Source of the DNA: Terriglobia bacterium
Lineage (GTDB): Bacteria > Acidobacteriota > Terriglobia > UBA7540
DNA length: 64,000 nt
NCBI GenBank assembly: GCA_030038235.1
Contig: JASHPE010000213.1
Span: 1,233 to 65,232, forward strand
Direction: 5' to 3'
A model generated the notes under the pieces. The model ran no database searches. It was given only the letters and a program-made list of their open reading frames with translations, and was not told the origin of the DNA. The position numbers were made by a program, and so were the translations under genes. Positions 47,774 to 57,640 of this stretch are shown piece by piece. The first letter of the stretch is position 1; each line of letters starts with the position of its first letter.

Positions 47774-49114
47774 ATGCCGCAGCAAGCCGGCACAGAAAGA
47801 AACACGACCGCAAGCTATCGGCTGATCCGTAGTGGCCTGCGCGCCTGGCTCACGCTCTCGCGCCGATCCGTGCGCGTGCTCGGGGCCGATCGCCTGCCTG
47901 ATTCGGCCGCCATCCTTTACGTCTGCCATTCGGCCGATTTCGACGATGCCGTGATGCTGGTCGCCGCCTTCGAGCGCCCTATCGTGTGCGTGATCGGGCG
48001 CGCCGAAATGGCAGGACAACAGTCGATGATCGAATCCGCGCTGGGCATGATCGCTATCAATGGTCCGGCCGATGCACCGGTTTGGCACGATGCGCTACGT
48101 TCATGCACCGGTGTGCTGTCGGCCGGCGGGTTGGTGCTCGTGTTCAGTGAGCCCAGCGACTCCAGTGGGCAGGCCGGCCGGGAGTTAGACGCGGCCCTCA
48201 AGCTCGCATGTGAGGCTTGGACGAGCGCCTTTCCCGCGCAACTTCCCGTGGTTCTGCCCGTTCATCGGTTCCGGCCCGAAGCGCGCACCGAGGAGACTCT
48301 GGTCCACGTCGGCGATCCGGTGCGTCTGGATGCGGATGAAGACCCGGCGCTGCTGTTGCAACAAGTGAAAGCTGCTCTCGGGGAGGTCCATGCCGTCTTC
48401 GCACTCGACGCCGCACTCCTGAACCGGTTGATGCAGGATGTCGAGCGCGATCTGCGCCATCGTCTACAACAGCGATGGAGCGCGCGTCCGGGCCGCACGC
48501 GCACGACCGACGGCTTCAGGCTGAGTCCCTTTGCTGCGGAGACCCTGCGGCGCGTGAATCGCACCGAACCGGAGTCGCTGGTTGCGCTGAGTGAGCTCTC
48601 GCACGCCGAGCGCGAGGCACGGCGCGAGTCTGCGCTGGCGCGACTGCGCGCCGAGATCGAGATCAAGCAGCTTTCGACGGTGCAGCGCGTGCTCGGGTGG
48701 GCCGAAAGCTTGGTTGGGTTCCCGATCGCTCTTTATGCCGCCGTGAACCACCTGCTCACAGCGATTCTGCTGTTGGTGTGCGGCCTGCTCAAGCGGGACG
48801 CCCAGCCACAGCTCGGTCCCTGGGTGGCCCGAGGAGTGATCCTGCTCGGGTGCTACGCGGGCCAGGTGGCGCTGGTCAATCATTTCCTCGGCAGGGCGGC
48901 GGCAGGCTATTACGCCGTCACGCTTCCCGTGTCCGGCGCCTACCTTCTGCGCTACGCGTGGCTGATTCAGCGGCGAACGCGCGTGCTGCTGGCGGGAACG
49001 CGGAGCGCGATGCTTCAGACCAGAGCGGATAGGAGTCGCGCGCGTTTCTTCGAGAAGCTGGACGCCATTCTCGAGAGCGAGTCGACCGGGCCACGACCGG
49101 CACCCGGCAATTGA
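47774..49114 (+). CDS. lysophospholipid (PlsC-type) acyltransferase-like protein with C-terminal TM region
   Basis: HX4D motif 'HSADFD' and 'VFSEPSD', equivalent to the FPEGT block. C-terminal hydrophobic helices. Confidence 0.65.
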   Translation: MPQQAGTERNTTASYRLIRSGLRAWLTLSRRSVRVLGADRLPDSAAILYVCHSADFDDAVMLVAAFERPIVCVIGRAEMAGQQSMIESALGMIAINGPADAPVWHDALRSCTGVLSAGGLVLVFSEPSDSSGQAGRELDAALKLACEAWTSAFPAQLPVVLPVHRFRPEARTEETLVHVGDPVRLDADEDPALLLQQVKAALGEVHAVFALDAALLNRLMQDVERDLRHRLQQRWSARPGRTRTTDGFRLSPFAAETLRRVNRTEPESLVALSELSHAEREARRESALARLRAEIEIKQLSTVQRVLGWAESLVGFPIALYAAVNHLLTAILLLVCGLLKRDAQPQLGPWVARGVILLGCYAGQVALVNHFLGRAAAGYYAVTLPVSGAYLLRYAWLIQRRTRVLLAGTRSAMLQTRADRSRARFFEKLDAILESESTGPRPAPGN

Positions 49115-49115
49115 G

Positions 49116-49218
49116 CCTTAGTTCCTGGTCCTTTGTCATTGGTCCCTGGTCATTCGTGGCAATTCGTCATCGCCGCAGAGGTCAAGGACCAGGGGCCAAA
49201 GACTAAGGACCAAGGATC
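49116..49218. repeat. simple-sequence hairpin element (GGTCC(T/C)T-type units)
   Basis: Left arm CCTTAGTTCCTGGTCCTTTGTCATTGGTCCCTGGTC...; right arm ...GACCAGGGGCCAAAGACTAAGGACCAAGGATC. The arms are imperfectly complementary. It lies immediately upstream of ATG 49220. Confidence 0.6.
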
Positions 49219-49219
49219 T

Positions 49220-50182
49220 ATGCTCTTCCTTACTGAACAAGACGTTCAGGAACTCTTTCCGATGACGCGCGCGATTGAGTGTGTGACTGCGAGTTTCAAA
49301 GCGCAGCATGAGGGCGGCGCCATCAATCGTTCGCGAGAGCGCATCTTCCTGCCCGAAACGTCTCTGCACTACATGGCGGCAGGCTATCCGAATGAAAAGC
49401 TGCTCGGCATGAAGATTTATACCGTCTCGCGCGACGCGCTGCGGTTCCTGGTGCTGCTCTACGACGGCGAAAGCGGCGCACTGCTTGCCATCATCGAAGC
49501 CGATTATTTGGGCCGGATCCGTACGGGGGCAGCGAGCGGCGTAGCGACCCATTACATGGCGCGAACGGACGCGGCGACGGTCGGCGTAATCGGGACCGGT
49601 CGCCAGGCCCGGACGCAACTCGAAGCCGTGGCCGCGGTGCGTCCGATCCGTGGCGCGCGCGTCTTTGGCCGCGATTCGGACCGGTGCGAGGCGTTTGCGA
49701 AGGAGATGAGCGCACAACTTGGATTCGAGGTGGACGCAGTCGAGAGCGCGGAAGCGGCTGTTCGTGCTGCCGACATTGTAATCACCGCGACCTCGTCGCG
49801 CGATCCGGTCCTGAAGGGTGAATGGCTCACGCCGGGCGCTCATGTGAACGCCGTCGGCGCCAATATGCTGAATCGGCGCGAGCTCGACGATGCGAGCTTG
49901 TCGCGCGCCGTGCTGGTTGCAGTGGATTCGATCGAGCAGGCGAAGGAAGAAGCCGGCGACTTGGTGCAGGGGATCGGTGCCATCGCGGGCGGCTGGAACA
50001 GCGTCTTTGAATTGCACGAGATCGTCTCCGGCGCGCGTCCCGGTCGCAATTCCGCCGGCGACATAACGATCTTCAAGTCTTCGGGAATCGCTCTCTGGGA
50101 CGTGATCTCGGCCGGGTACGTCTACCGGCGCGCGCTGGAAGTGGGCAGAGGACAGCGAATTCCGTTCTGGGGAGAGGCGTAG
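49220..50182 (+). CDS. ornithine cyclodeaminase / mu-crystallin family protein
   Basis: 'MLFLTEQDVQELFPM', 'LGRIRTGAASGVATHYMAR', 'VGVIGTGRQARTQLEA' Rossmann motif, and 'GAHVNAVGAN'. Confidence 0.85.
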   Translation: MLFLTEQDVQELFPMTRAIECVTASFKAQHEGGAINRSRERIFLPETSLHYMAAGYPNEKLLGMKIYTVSRDALRFLVLLYDGESGALLAIIEADYLGRIRTGAASGVATHYMARTDAATVGVIGTGRQARTQLEAVAAVRPIRGARVFGRDSDRCEAFAKEMSAQLGFEVDAVESAEAAVRAADIVITATSSRDPVLKGEWLTPGAHVNAVGANMLNRRELDDASLSRAVLVAVDSIEQAKEEAGDLVQGIGAIAGGWNSVFELHEIVSGARPGRNSAGDITIFKSSGIALWDVISAGYVYRRALEVGRGQRIPFWGEA

Positions 50183-50205
50183 ACAACCGTTTCGCTGCAT
50201 GCACG

Positions 50206-50577
50206 TCAGGGTTGGGGCGATGCCGGTGCGGCGCTCTTCCCCGCTGCCTCGATCTCTATTTTTTGCGCCTTGATCTCGCCAGAGTCTTCGAGTTCACCTA
50301 TGGCGTGAATCTTCACGCCGACCTTCAGATCCTGTTCCGAGCCGGGGCTGGAATCCGTGCGTACGATGCTGGTCTTGTCGTCGAATGTGACATGGAACAG
50401 GATACCCTGCCCGGTATCGACGGTCAGCTTGCCCTTTGCTTGCTGGGTAATTTTGCCTTCGAGATCGAAGTTGCTGCTTTGATCTTGAGCCCGTGCCGAC
50501 TGTGCCCGCGGTCCGGCGAAGCATAGGATCGAAATGGCGACGAGAATCAACCACCGCCTGCCGAGATGCTTGTTCAT
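50206..50577 (-). CDS. secreted hypothetical protein (123 aa)
   Basis: Signal peptide 'MNKHLGRRWLILVAISILCFAGPRAQSARA' and a beta-rich body. Confidence 0.6.
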   Translation of the reverse strand: MNKHLGRRWLILVAISILCFAGPRAQSARAQDQSSNFDLEGKITQQAKGKLTVDTGQGILFHVTFDDKTSIVRTDSSPGSEQDLKVGVKIHAIGELEDSGEIKAQKIEIEAAGKSAAPASPQP

Positions 50578-50645
50578 GATGGGATTGTAGCGCAGTCGTG
50601 CCCGGCACGCGTCGGCGATCTTGCTCGCGCTGGCCGTGAGATCGC

Positions 50646-51191
50646 TCAGCGACGTCGTCCCCGCAGAACACCGGTCAGCGCCACTGCTGCCACGGCCGTG
50701 CCCGCAGCCCAGCGCGCGCCGGCGCTCTCCAGAGGAGTCTTGATCCAGAGCGGCAGCATGTCGAGCCGTATGTTCGAAAGCGTGATAAGCAAGAACATGG
50801 CCGGACCAAAGAAAGCGATGTTCCGAAGCCAGACTTGGATGGAGCGGTCAACGTGGATCCCCAGGAATAACGTGAGCAGGTTGAGCGCGAGCATTGCACC
50901 CACGCCGCAAAGAAGGCTGCGATTCACAGGGCAATCGCGATGAGTTGCCGCCACGATCAGGACGCCCACCGTAAGCGCATAGGTCAAAATATCTTCGCAC
51001 GTCCTGATCTGGGGCATCCAACGCGGCGGCCCGGCAGCGAGTCCCCACGCCGCGATTAACTGCATGGCCACACCGTTGCAAAGCCAGATTGCGAAGAACG
51101 CGTTCTTGCGGTGATAGCCCTGGTGTAGGTAGACAAGCGACAAGGCAAAGAGCACGGTGGCATCCAAAGCCCAAAACGTAATACTCCTCAT
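50646..51191 (-). CDS. integral membrane hypothetical protein (181 aa)
   Basis: About six hydrophobic helices. No motif recognised. Confidence 0.6.
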   Translation of the reverse strand: MRSITFWALDATVLFALSLVYLHQGYHRKNAFFAIWLCNGVAMQLIAAWGLAAGPPRWMPQIRTCEDILTYALTVGVLIVAATHRDCPVNRSLLCGVGAMLALNLLTLFLGIHVDRSIQVWLRNIAFFGPAMFLLITLSNIRLDMLPLWIKTPLESAGARWAAGTAVAAVALTGVLRGRRR

Positions 51192-51420
51192 GACCGGCGG
51201 GCCTCCTTGTGAGATCTTCGGCGCCCTCCGGCCTTGGGGTGCTTACCACGGCCATGGCATCATTGGTCATCAACCCCTTCCCTGCGAGTTTCAGCATGAG
51301 AGGAGGTTAGACCTGGACCGGAGAGTTTGTAAAGATATTAGATGTTATGCTTGTTTCTAACCATAACTACAATAAAAACGCTAACGTTGTTATAATTGTT
51401 CTGAACGAACCGACGGACAG

Positions 51421-51684
51421 CTATGGGTCGCGTGCGAGGTGCAGACGGCGCACGAAAAACTCCAGGGGCTCACTGCCGCCCTCCTGCTCGTAGAGCTCCA
51501 GGACGCGATTGAGTACGATCCCGATCAGCTCGGACCGCCGCCTCAAGCTGCGTTGGCACCAGGTTTCGAGCGTCCGGAAGCTGCTGAGCGACAGTCGCGT
51601 GGCGACGGTGATGTCAACTCTCTCGCGCTTGGATCTCAAGGTCCATTTCCCAAGCTCTGTTTGCGTTGCCGCCGTATCGACCAT
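51421..51684 (-). CDS. ribbon-helix-helix (CopG/Arc-like) protein, last gene of the phage-like module
   Basis: 'ITVATRLSLSSFRTLETWCQRSLRRRSELIGIVLNRVLELY' fits the beta-strand, helix, helix RHH layout. Confidence 0.5.
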   Translation of the reverse strand: MVDTAATQTELGKWTLRSKRERVDITVATRLSLSSFRTLETWCQRSLRRRSELIGIVLNRVLELYEQEGGSEPLEFFVRRLHLARDP

Positions 51685-51720
51685 GTCTACCTCCCGGGCC
51701 CCCCCAGGGGTCCTACTGCA

Positions 51721-52356
51721 TTACCAGACCTGAACGAAGGCAGTTATCCCCGAGCCCGACGCCGTCAGATACAGGTTCGTGGCGTCCCAAAGTGTGGCCG
51801 GCTGAAACCAGATCGACCCGCTGGACGTCATCTGGAGGACCGCTGCGACCGGCTTGCGCCCGAGCAGATGTGGCACGGTGAAGTTACCAGCGCCTGAGGG
51901 CGCCAGCGCCACCTGCCCCATGATGGTGGTCGACTGCTTCACGGCCGTCACCGCCGTGGCGCTCGTCACCACCTGACCGATCAGCGCGTCGCCGGCATGC
52001 GCTCCCACCGCGGACGACTGCCAATAGAAGCCGGACGCCGAGTTGTAAAACAGGTAGGACGTCAGGCTTGCGGGAGCGGCTGCGATCACGGGACTCGACG
52101 CCGGCGCGTAGGATGATCCCTGCGCGAACAGGATCCCCGTGGTCAGCCCCGGAGTGAGCGAGCTCGACGTCGACAACGCGAAGCCGCTAATCACTCCATT
52201 GACTCCGAGCTGCGCCTCCACCTGGTCGGCCGGCGTGAAGGCAATATTCGCGTCGAGCAACGCCCAGTTTGCATCCTGGTCAGCTTCGTAGCCGGTCAGA
52301 CCGTGCTGGGATTGAATCAAGCCTTTGCGCGGGAGAACGGTTCGTGTTACTGCCAT
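51721..52356 (-). CDS. tail-fibre-like protein (211 aa)
   Basis: Located after the hub gene. Ser/Thr/Gly/Ala-rich beta sequence. The C-terminal roughly 55 aa are homologous to the 89-aa protein at 62088-62357. GAGGTG lies ahead of ATG 52356. Confidence 0.5.
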   Translation of the reverse strand: MAVTRTVLPRKGLIQSQHGLTGYEADQDANWALLDANIAFTPADQVEAQLGVNGVISGFALSTSSSLTPGLTTGILFAQGSSYAPASSPVIAAAPASLTSYLFYNSASGFYWQSSAVGAHAGDALIGQVVTSATAVTAVKQSTTIMGQVALAPSGAGNFTVPHLLGRKPVAAVLQMTSSGSIWFQPATLWDATNLYLTASGSGITAFVQVW

Positions 52357-52436
52357 TTTCAGCACCTCAAAGGAATTGACTCATTGAGTCAATGACCCGA
52401 TCACCCAATGGCTCGATGGCCCAATGACCCAACCGC

Positions 52437-52919
52437 TCAATCGCTCACATTCACGCTCGCGCGCTGGCAGACGCTGTAAACCTTCAGCGTGCCGCAGTTG
52501 ATCACGCCCGCCGTGCGGTCCTGCACCTGGAAGGTCACCAAACCGGTGGCGTCGTTGATGTCGGCCTGATACGGCGCATCCAGCACCGAGTTGGCATACG
52601 GGCTGTTATTCGACAATGGCGGTGGCGACGATTGTCCGGGCGTGAAGCCCGCCGCCGGAGCGCGATCGCTGTAAACCATCCAGCAGTAGCTGATCTCGGC
52701 CTGCCCATAGGCGTAGCCGTCGACGGGACTGGTGGGCGTGGGCACGGTATTCCCGGTGGTGTAAAACCCCATGAAGATGACCTCGGAGCGCACGGCGCCG
52801 AATTTGGCGTTATGCGAGATCGCCAGGATGGAGTTGTCGGTCAACGGCTGCCCGCCCGCGATCGCCGAATCGGCCAGATCGCTGAAGCCGGGAATGGTGG
52901 ACATGGTTAGTTGGGACAT
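52437..52919 (-). CDS. phage-module hypothetical protein (160 aa)
   Basis: Lies between the hub protein and the fibre-like protein. No motif recognised. Confidence 0.5.
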   Translation of the reverse strand: MSQLTMSTIPGFSDLADSAIAGGQPLTDNSILAISHNAKFGAVRSEVIFMGFYTTGNTVPTPTSPVDGYAYGQAEISYCWMVYSDRAPAAGFTPGQSSPPPLSNNSPYANSVLDAPYQADINDATGLVTFQVQDRTAGVINCGTLKVYSVCQRASVNVSD

Positions 52920-52937
52920 GGGATCTCCATCGGACCA

Positions 52938-53017
52938 GGTTGAAAGTTGAAAGTCGAAAGTTGAAAGTAAGTGTCCACTTCTGACCTTCGACTTTTGACT
53001 TTCGACTTTGACTTTTC
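52938..53017. repeat. simple-sequence hairpin (GAAAGT-type units)
   Basis: GTTGAAAGTTGAAAGTCGAAAGTTGAAAGT, a loop, then ACCTTCGACTTTTGACTTTCGACTTTGAC. It fills the gap between the 1451-aa ORF and the next gene. Confidence 0.7.
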
Positions 53018-53024
53018 GCGCATC

Positions 53025-56000
53025 TCAGTAGATCGTGTTGCCCGGAGTGCCGTCCGGGTTCGACCCGTCCAGCGCCGCCAGGGACATGAACATATACGTC
53101 GCGCGCTCGGACGCGCTCGCCGTGTCCCAGCTCGGGATATTGTCGGCCGCCGGCGCGATCTGATAGACGTTTCCGTAATTCAAGAAGCGCGTATCGAGCA
53201 GCAGAAACTCCATCTGACCTTTGCTGTAATTCGGCTTGCGATCGATGACCTCGCAGGTCACGTTGACAATACCGCGTTGACCGCTCTCGAAATCGAGCAC
53301 CAGCGGATGCGTGAGCGTGACCAGGTCTCCGAGCTCGACGGCCGCGCTGGCCAGCATCGCCGTCACCCGATACGCCGGCGGGGCGAAGGACCGCCGCCGG
53401 AACAAGCGATCGGCGTAGATAGACAGGGTCAAGGAGCCGCCGCGCGCGCTCACGATCCCCGTCGATTCCAGGTTCTCCTGGTAAACCTGCCGATAGAGGC
53501 CGAGCGAAGTGTTCTGGATGAACGTGACTTGGCCGTTGTAAGTGCGCGCCGCCGTCGACGCCTCGCTGTTGACCACATCCATTTTCGCCGTGACCATATT
53601 GATCACGCTCTGGCGCTCGGTGGCCGGAATCCCCATCACGTTCGAGGCGGTGAACGCGAACACGGGCGTGGTGTATGGCAAGGGCTTCAAGCTGTGCAGC
53701 CGCAATTGGCCGCTGGCGCCCACGATGAAGTAGAGACCCAGGGGCTTCATAATCTGCTCTTCCATGAACTGCTTGCCGTCCACCGGCCGCTGGATCTGGA
53801 ACTCCATCCAGGCCCCTGAGAAGTAGGTATCGCGCACCGTCAGGAACTGGTCGACGTCGATGTAGAGATTGGGATTGATGAGCGTTGAGTCGTCGCCGGG
53901 CGTAAAGATGACCCAGCCGGCGGGCGGTGGCTGCGGGGTGTAATCCTGCTGCTGCGAATAGGCCGGAACGAGCTGGTCGAGGATGTAATTGGATGAGAGC
54001 AGCGTCGGGTCCTGGCCGACGCCGAGCTCATTTTGCAGCGTGGCCAGCAGCAGATCGATGGGATTTCCCTGCAAGAATCGAGGATTGTCGCTCGAGACGG
54101 GGAAACCGTTGTAGCCCGCCGCCGCACCGATGGGCGGTTGCGCGCTCTGCCCCGGCGACCATTCGAGCGGCCCCCCACGCACCCAGATCTGCTGACCCTG
54201 GATGAAGCGCTGCACGTCGCTGCAGGTGATGGTCACCATGCCGCCGGCGTCCCAGCCCACCTGGGTGATCATCATGGTGTGCAAAGTGACGAAATCGCCG
54301 AGCGCGAGGTTGGGGAAGCCCTGCTGCAACTGAACCGTCTGGCCGATCAGGGCGTTCTGCGCGGCCAACTGCTTCAACACGCCGCTGGGATCGATACACT
54401 TCACGCTCACCGTGCCGATCGACGTCGAGCCTTCCAATTCGTTCGGCGTCTGCGACGGCCCGGCCGGAATCTGCATACTATCCAGAAGCTGCGCTGTGTT
54501 GGAAATCGTTTCGAGCAGGCCGGGCTGCTCCGAAACCAGCCAGAGCCAGGCGGCGGCGGCGAACATCGGCCAGACTTCAAATTCCCAGGGCAGGCCGCGC
54601 GCGGCCAGGGAATACCCGATCAGCGAACCGTCGCCGGTAGTGTTCCATACGGTCAACTGCGAGCCCATCAGTCGAGCCAACTCGGCGTCGATGGTGGTGC
54701 CGCCTTCGGTGAAATACGAGGCTAGCCCGCTGATCGAATACAGCCGCAAGAGACTTAGGATCGCGCCCCAGCTTCCTTCCTGCCAGACCGAATCGGGCAC
54801 GCCGGAATATCCGCCGGTGGAATTTTGATACGGCATGAAGCCGCTGAAGGGCACCAGTTGCTGGTAAGTCTCGTTCCAGGTGTTCGAACTATTACTCTCG
54901 ACTATGGTCTGATTGCTCAAGAAGAACTGTTCGGAGAAGAACTCGATGCACTGCAGGGCGATGTCATCGCGGCCCAGGGCGTCGGCGAGCAGCGCGCCGT
55001 AGTAGCCGCTGGCGTCGAGGGCGTAGCTCGGATCGACGGTCGAGCCGGTCACCCCTTGCGCGAAATGACCTGGAAGCGCGGGGGTCCCGCCCGCCGGGAT
55101 ATAGAGCACCGACAGGACCTTTTCGCCGATGGTGCTCGCGGCGGCGGCGCATAGCGTCGCGGTGGCATTCAACGAGGCCGCCTGGGTCGAAGTGATGGTG
55201 CCGGTCTTCTGAAGCTGCACTGCCGCGGTGGGCAATACCAGCGAGGCGCGCATCAGGGCGAAGTAAAGATCGTTCTGATGCTCCGTCGAGACGGTCTTCA
55301 ACAGCCCGGGCACGTACTGATAACCGGGGTTCTGATATTCGCCGTATCCCAGGTAGAACATCCCATTGGTCAGATCGCTGGCCGTCGATTGCAGGGTAAA
55401 GAGAAAATTCAGCATCGACTGCAGACTGAGCGCCGGAGTGTAATCCCCCGTCAGCCCCATGTAGACGGCGAAGGCGTAGCAGACCCAGCCCATGGCGCCC
55501 GCGCGAATATAGGCTTGGTCCACCACGCCGTAGAAAACGTCGTAGCTGAAACAGAGCGATCCGGTTGGCGCCAGCGTCCCGCAGCTCAAATTGTCGAGAT
55601 ACATCACATCGCCTGAAGTCGAAAGCACGACCTGGAAGGACGTGATGGCTGTCAGCGTGTCGTTCGAGAGCGAGTTGACCAGGCTGCCGATCGGCACTGC
55701 GCTGGTGCGCCAGAATCCCCCTCCGGGACCGATGGGAACCGTAATCGTCTTTGTCCCGGCATTGTAGGTCGCCCCTGATCCCTGACCCCCAGTCCCTGAA
55801 CCCTGGCTGGTCACTTGGACGCTGGTCACGTCGCCGTGCGCGGTGGTTACGCCAATGGTGACGGTGAAAGCGTCCGAAGTCGATTCGTAATGTTCAAATT
55901 GAAGCTGAGTATCGGTGGAATCGGGCAGCCCGGCCCCGATGAACGTGAAGGCGGCATTGGCGCCGGTAGCCGTAAACTCGATGACGCTGCCGGTGCCATA

Positions 56001-57380
56001 AGGCGGTTCCTCGGATGGCATTGAATTGGCGGCGACGTTGGCCAGGCTCCCGTTCGACGCGCTCCATTTCGCGGTGCCTCCCTCTTCCGCGTTCTCTAAA
56101 ATCACGCTTGGCAGATAAGCCGGATCGAGCAGCAGCCCCATCAATTGGTCAACCACGCGCGCCGCCGCCGTGAAATTGCCGCTCCCCGCATAGACCAGGA
56201 TCGCCAGAGCGCAATCGTAGATGTAACTCCGATTTTGCAACGCGCCTATGCTGGAATTCATCGGATTGGGGACAAACAGCGGATCGCTGGAGGGCACCAC
56301 GAAGCTCAGCGGCAGCGAGTTGAAGGCCGACGTGTTGGCGAGCGTCGTATAGACCAGCGTGGGGCCGTTCACCGGATCCTGATAGATGATGTGCATGGTC
56401 ACGGTGCCCGGCGCGGGCAACACGCGCGAGCCCACCCGGGCGTGGTACGGGTCCTGAACGATGATCGGAATGTTCTCTTCCTGCAAGTACTCGATGTCGG
56501 TCAGGGAATAGATCGAGGCAGTGTAATCGGTCAGGGCGTTTCCGATGCCGGTGTTCGAGTGGCACAGGAATCCGGCCGGAAGGGCGTTGCCATACCATCC
56601 CGTGGTCGGCTGCGCCACAGTGACGGGATAGAGTACCGCGAGCACGAGACCCGGATTCGTGATTTGGGCACCCCAGTAGCCGGTGCCGCCGCCCTGGTCG
56701 ATTAAGGTCGACATGAAGGGCGAAGGCGTGGGCGCCACGCCGGCGCAGCCGCCGGACGAAGGCGCCACCGAGCCCGGCGCCGAGGACTGATAGTAGTAGG
56801 TCCCATATTCATCGAGCACGAAGAGATCAACGCGATAGTCCTGAATGTCGAGCATGCCCGATGAGGAGTAGAGGTTAAAAATGTAGCCGTAGACCGTCAT
56901 GCCAGGCAGGGCATAGAACACATGCCCGTCGCAGGTGCGCGTCCAGCCGTTCGGATAGGCGTCGACCACCGAATCGTAAGCCGCTGAAATCTGCCCTGAA
57001 CTCAAATTGAACGGCGGACAGAAGAGCGACCCGGTCGGCAGCGACATCGGAGAGAAATCGACCGGAAAGCCGTCCGGGCCGGTAGTTGTATCGAGCAATT
57101 GGCCGGCCGGCGCCAGCGTGGTGATGTTCTCAAAAATGGTCTGATTGTAATCGCCGAAATTGATCTCGCCCGGCATTTCGAGCAAAATCCCGCACTCAAC
57201 CAGAGGTGGCACGGCCGGAACCAGCGGCGCACCGGGCTCGGAGCTGATGGGGAACTCGATTGGATTGACATTCGCCAGCCACCCGGACGCGTTTCCACTC
57301 TGGCGCGACAGCAGCCACTGCAGCGTAGCTTGCATGTCAGCGAGGAAGTTCGAGGGCCAGTATTGTTGGACGTTAGCCAT
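53025..57380 (-). CDS. giant tail hub / host-specificity protein (1451 aa) with gpJ-type 'phage tail' domain at the C-terminus
   Basis: The C-terminal roughly 450 aa resemble the lambda gpJ/GTA-g15 tail-hub domain ('YRVTAMLASAAVELGDLVTLTHPLVLDFESGQRGIVNVTCEVIDRKPNYSKGQMEFLLLD'). The centre has alpha/alpha-toroid-like helices ('IYDCALAILVYAGSGNF', 'GAMGWVCYAFAVYMGLTGD', 'GSWGAILSLLRLY'). Confidence 0.7.
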   Translation of the reverse strand: MANVQQYWPSNFLADMQATLQWLLSRQSGNASGWLANVNPIEFPISSEPGAPLVPAVPPLVECGILLEMPGEINFGDYNQTIFENITTLAPAGQLLDTTTGPDGFPVDFSPMSLPTGSLFCPPFNLSSGQISAAYDSVVDAYPNGWTRTCDGHVFYALPGMTVYGYIFNLYSSSGMLDIQDYRVDLFVLDEYGTYYYQSSAPGSVAPSSGGCAGVAPTPSPFMSTLIDQGGGTGYWGAQITNPGLVLAVLYPVTVAQPTTGWYGNALPAGFLCHSNTGIGNALTDYTASIYSLTDIEYLQEENIPIIVQDPYHARVGSRVLPAPGTVTMHIIYQDPVNGPTLVYTTLANTSAFNSLPLSFVVPSSDPLFVPNPMNSSIGALQNRSYIYDCALAILVYAGSGNFTAAARVVDQLMGLLLDPAYLPSVILENAEEGGTAKWSASNGSLANVAANSMPSEEPPYGTGSVIEFTATGANAAFTFIGAGLPDSTDTQLQFEHYESTSDAFTVTIGVTTAHGDVTSVQVTSQGSGTGGQGSGATYNAGTKTITVPIGPGGGFWRTSAVPIGSLVNSLSNDTLTAITSFQVVLSTSGDVMYLDNLSCGTLAPTGSLCFSYDVFYGVVDQAYIRAGAMGWVCYAFAVYMGLTGDYTPALSLQSMLNFLFTLQSTASDLTNGMFYLGYGEYQNPGYQYVPGLLKTVSTEHQNDLYFALMRASLVLPTAAVQLQKTGTITSTQAASLNATATLCAAAASTIGEKVLSVLYIPAGGTPALPGHFAQGVTGSTVDPSYALDASGYYGALLADALGRDDIALQCIEFFSEQFFLSNQTIVESNSSNTWNETYQQLVPFSGFMPYQNSTGGYSGVPDSVWQEGSWGAILSLLRLYSISGLASYFTEGGTTIDAELARLMGSQLTVWNTTGDGSLIGYSLAARGLPWEFEVWPMFAAAAWLWLVSEQPGLLETISNTAQLLDSMQIPAGPSQTPNELEGSTSIGTVSVKCIDPSGVLKQLAAQNALIGQTVQLQQGFPNLALGDFVTLHTMMITQVGWDAGGMVTITCSDVQRFIQGQQIWVRGGPLEWSPGQSAQPPIGAAAGYNGFPVSSDNPRFLQGNPIDLLLATLQNELGVGQDPTLLSSNYILDQLVPAYSQQQDYTPQPPPAGWVIFTPGDDSTLINPNLYIDVDQFLTVRDTYFSGAWMEFQIQRPVDGKQFMEEQIMKPLGLYFIVGASGQLRLHSLKPLPYTTPVFAFTASNVMGIPATERQSVINMVTAKMDVVNSEASTAARTYNGQVTFIQNTSLGLYRQVYQENLESTGIVSARGGSLTLSIYADRLFRRRSFAPPAYRVTAMLASAAVELGDLVTLTHPLVLDFESGQRGIVNVTCEVIDRKPNYSKGQMEFLLLDTRFLNYGNVYQIAPAADNIPSWDTASASERATYMFMSLAALDGSNPDGTPGNTIY

Positions 57381-57466
57381 CAGCTTTCAGCTTTCAGCCG
57401 TCAGCTCTCAGTTTTCAGGCATCAGCTTTCAGCCGCTTGCTGATTGCTGATAGCTGACCGCTAATC
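57381..57466. repeat. simple-sequence hairpin (CAGCTTT-type units)
   Basis: CAGCTTTCAGCTTTCAGCCGTCAGCTCTCAGTTTTCAGGCATCAGCTTTCAGCC followed by the partially complementary GCTTGCTGATTGCTGATAGCTGAC. Confidence 0.6.
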
Positions 57467-57640
57467 GCCGTACGGCTCGATTCCGTACAATCCCACCCCA
57501 TATCCCGCCAGGCCCACGCCGGTAGTCGTTGGCGAAAAGCTCGCCAGGTAGATTCCGAAATTGGGAATCTGCAGCACATAAAGCGGCTGCTTCTGTGGCT
57601 GGGCGAGGGCCTGCGTCCAGGTGTTATTCCCCTGAATCAT
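57461..57640 (-). CDS. unlisted small ORF (59 aa) MIQGNNTWTQALAQPQKQPLYVLQIPNFGIYLASFSPTTTGVGLAGYGVGLYGIEPYGD
   Basis: Read by hand; it falls below the track cut-off. It sits immediately upstream of the giant hub gene on the same strand. Confidence 0.4.
   Translation of the reverse strand: MIQGNNTWTQALAQPQKQPLYVLQIPNFGIYLASFSPTTTGVGLAGYGVGLYGIEPYGD

Noticed and set aside
51192-51420. Possible att site or integrase footprint at the left end of the phage-like module
   Set aside because: The region is AT-rich, but I found no direct repeat that I could pair with another copy inside the window, and no integrase or tRNA gene. The right end is outside the window, so this is left undetermined rather than called.
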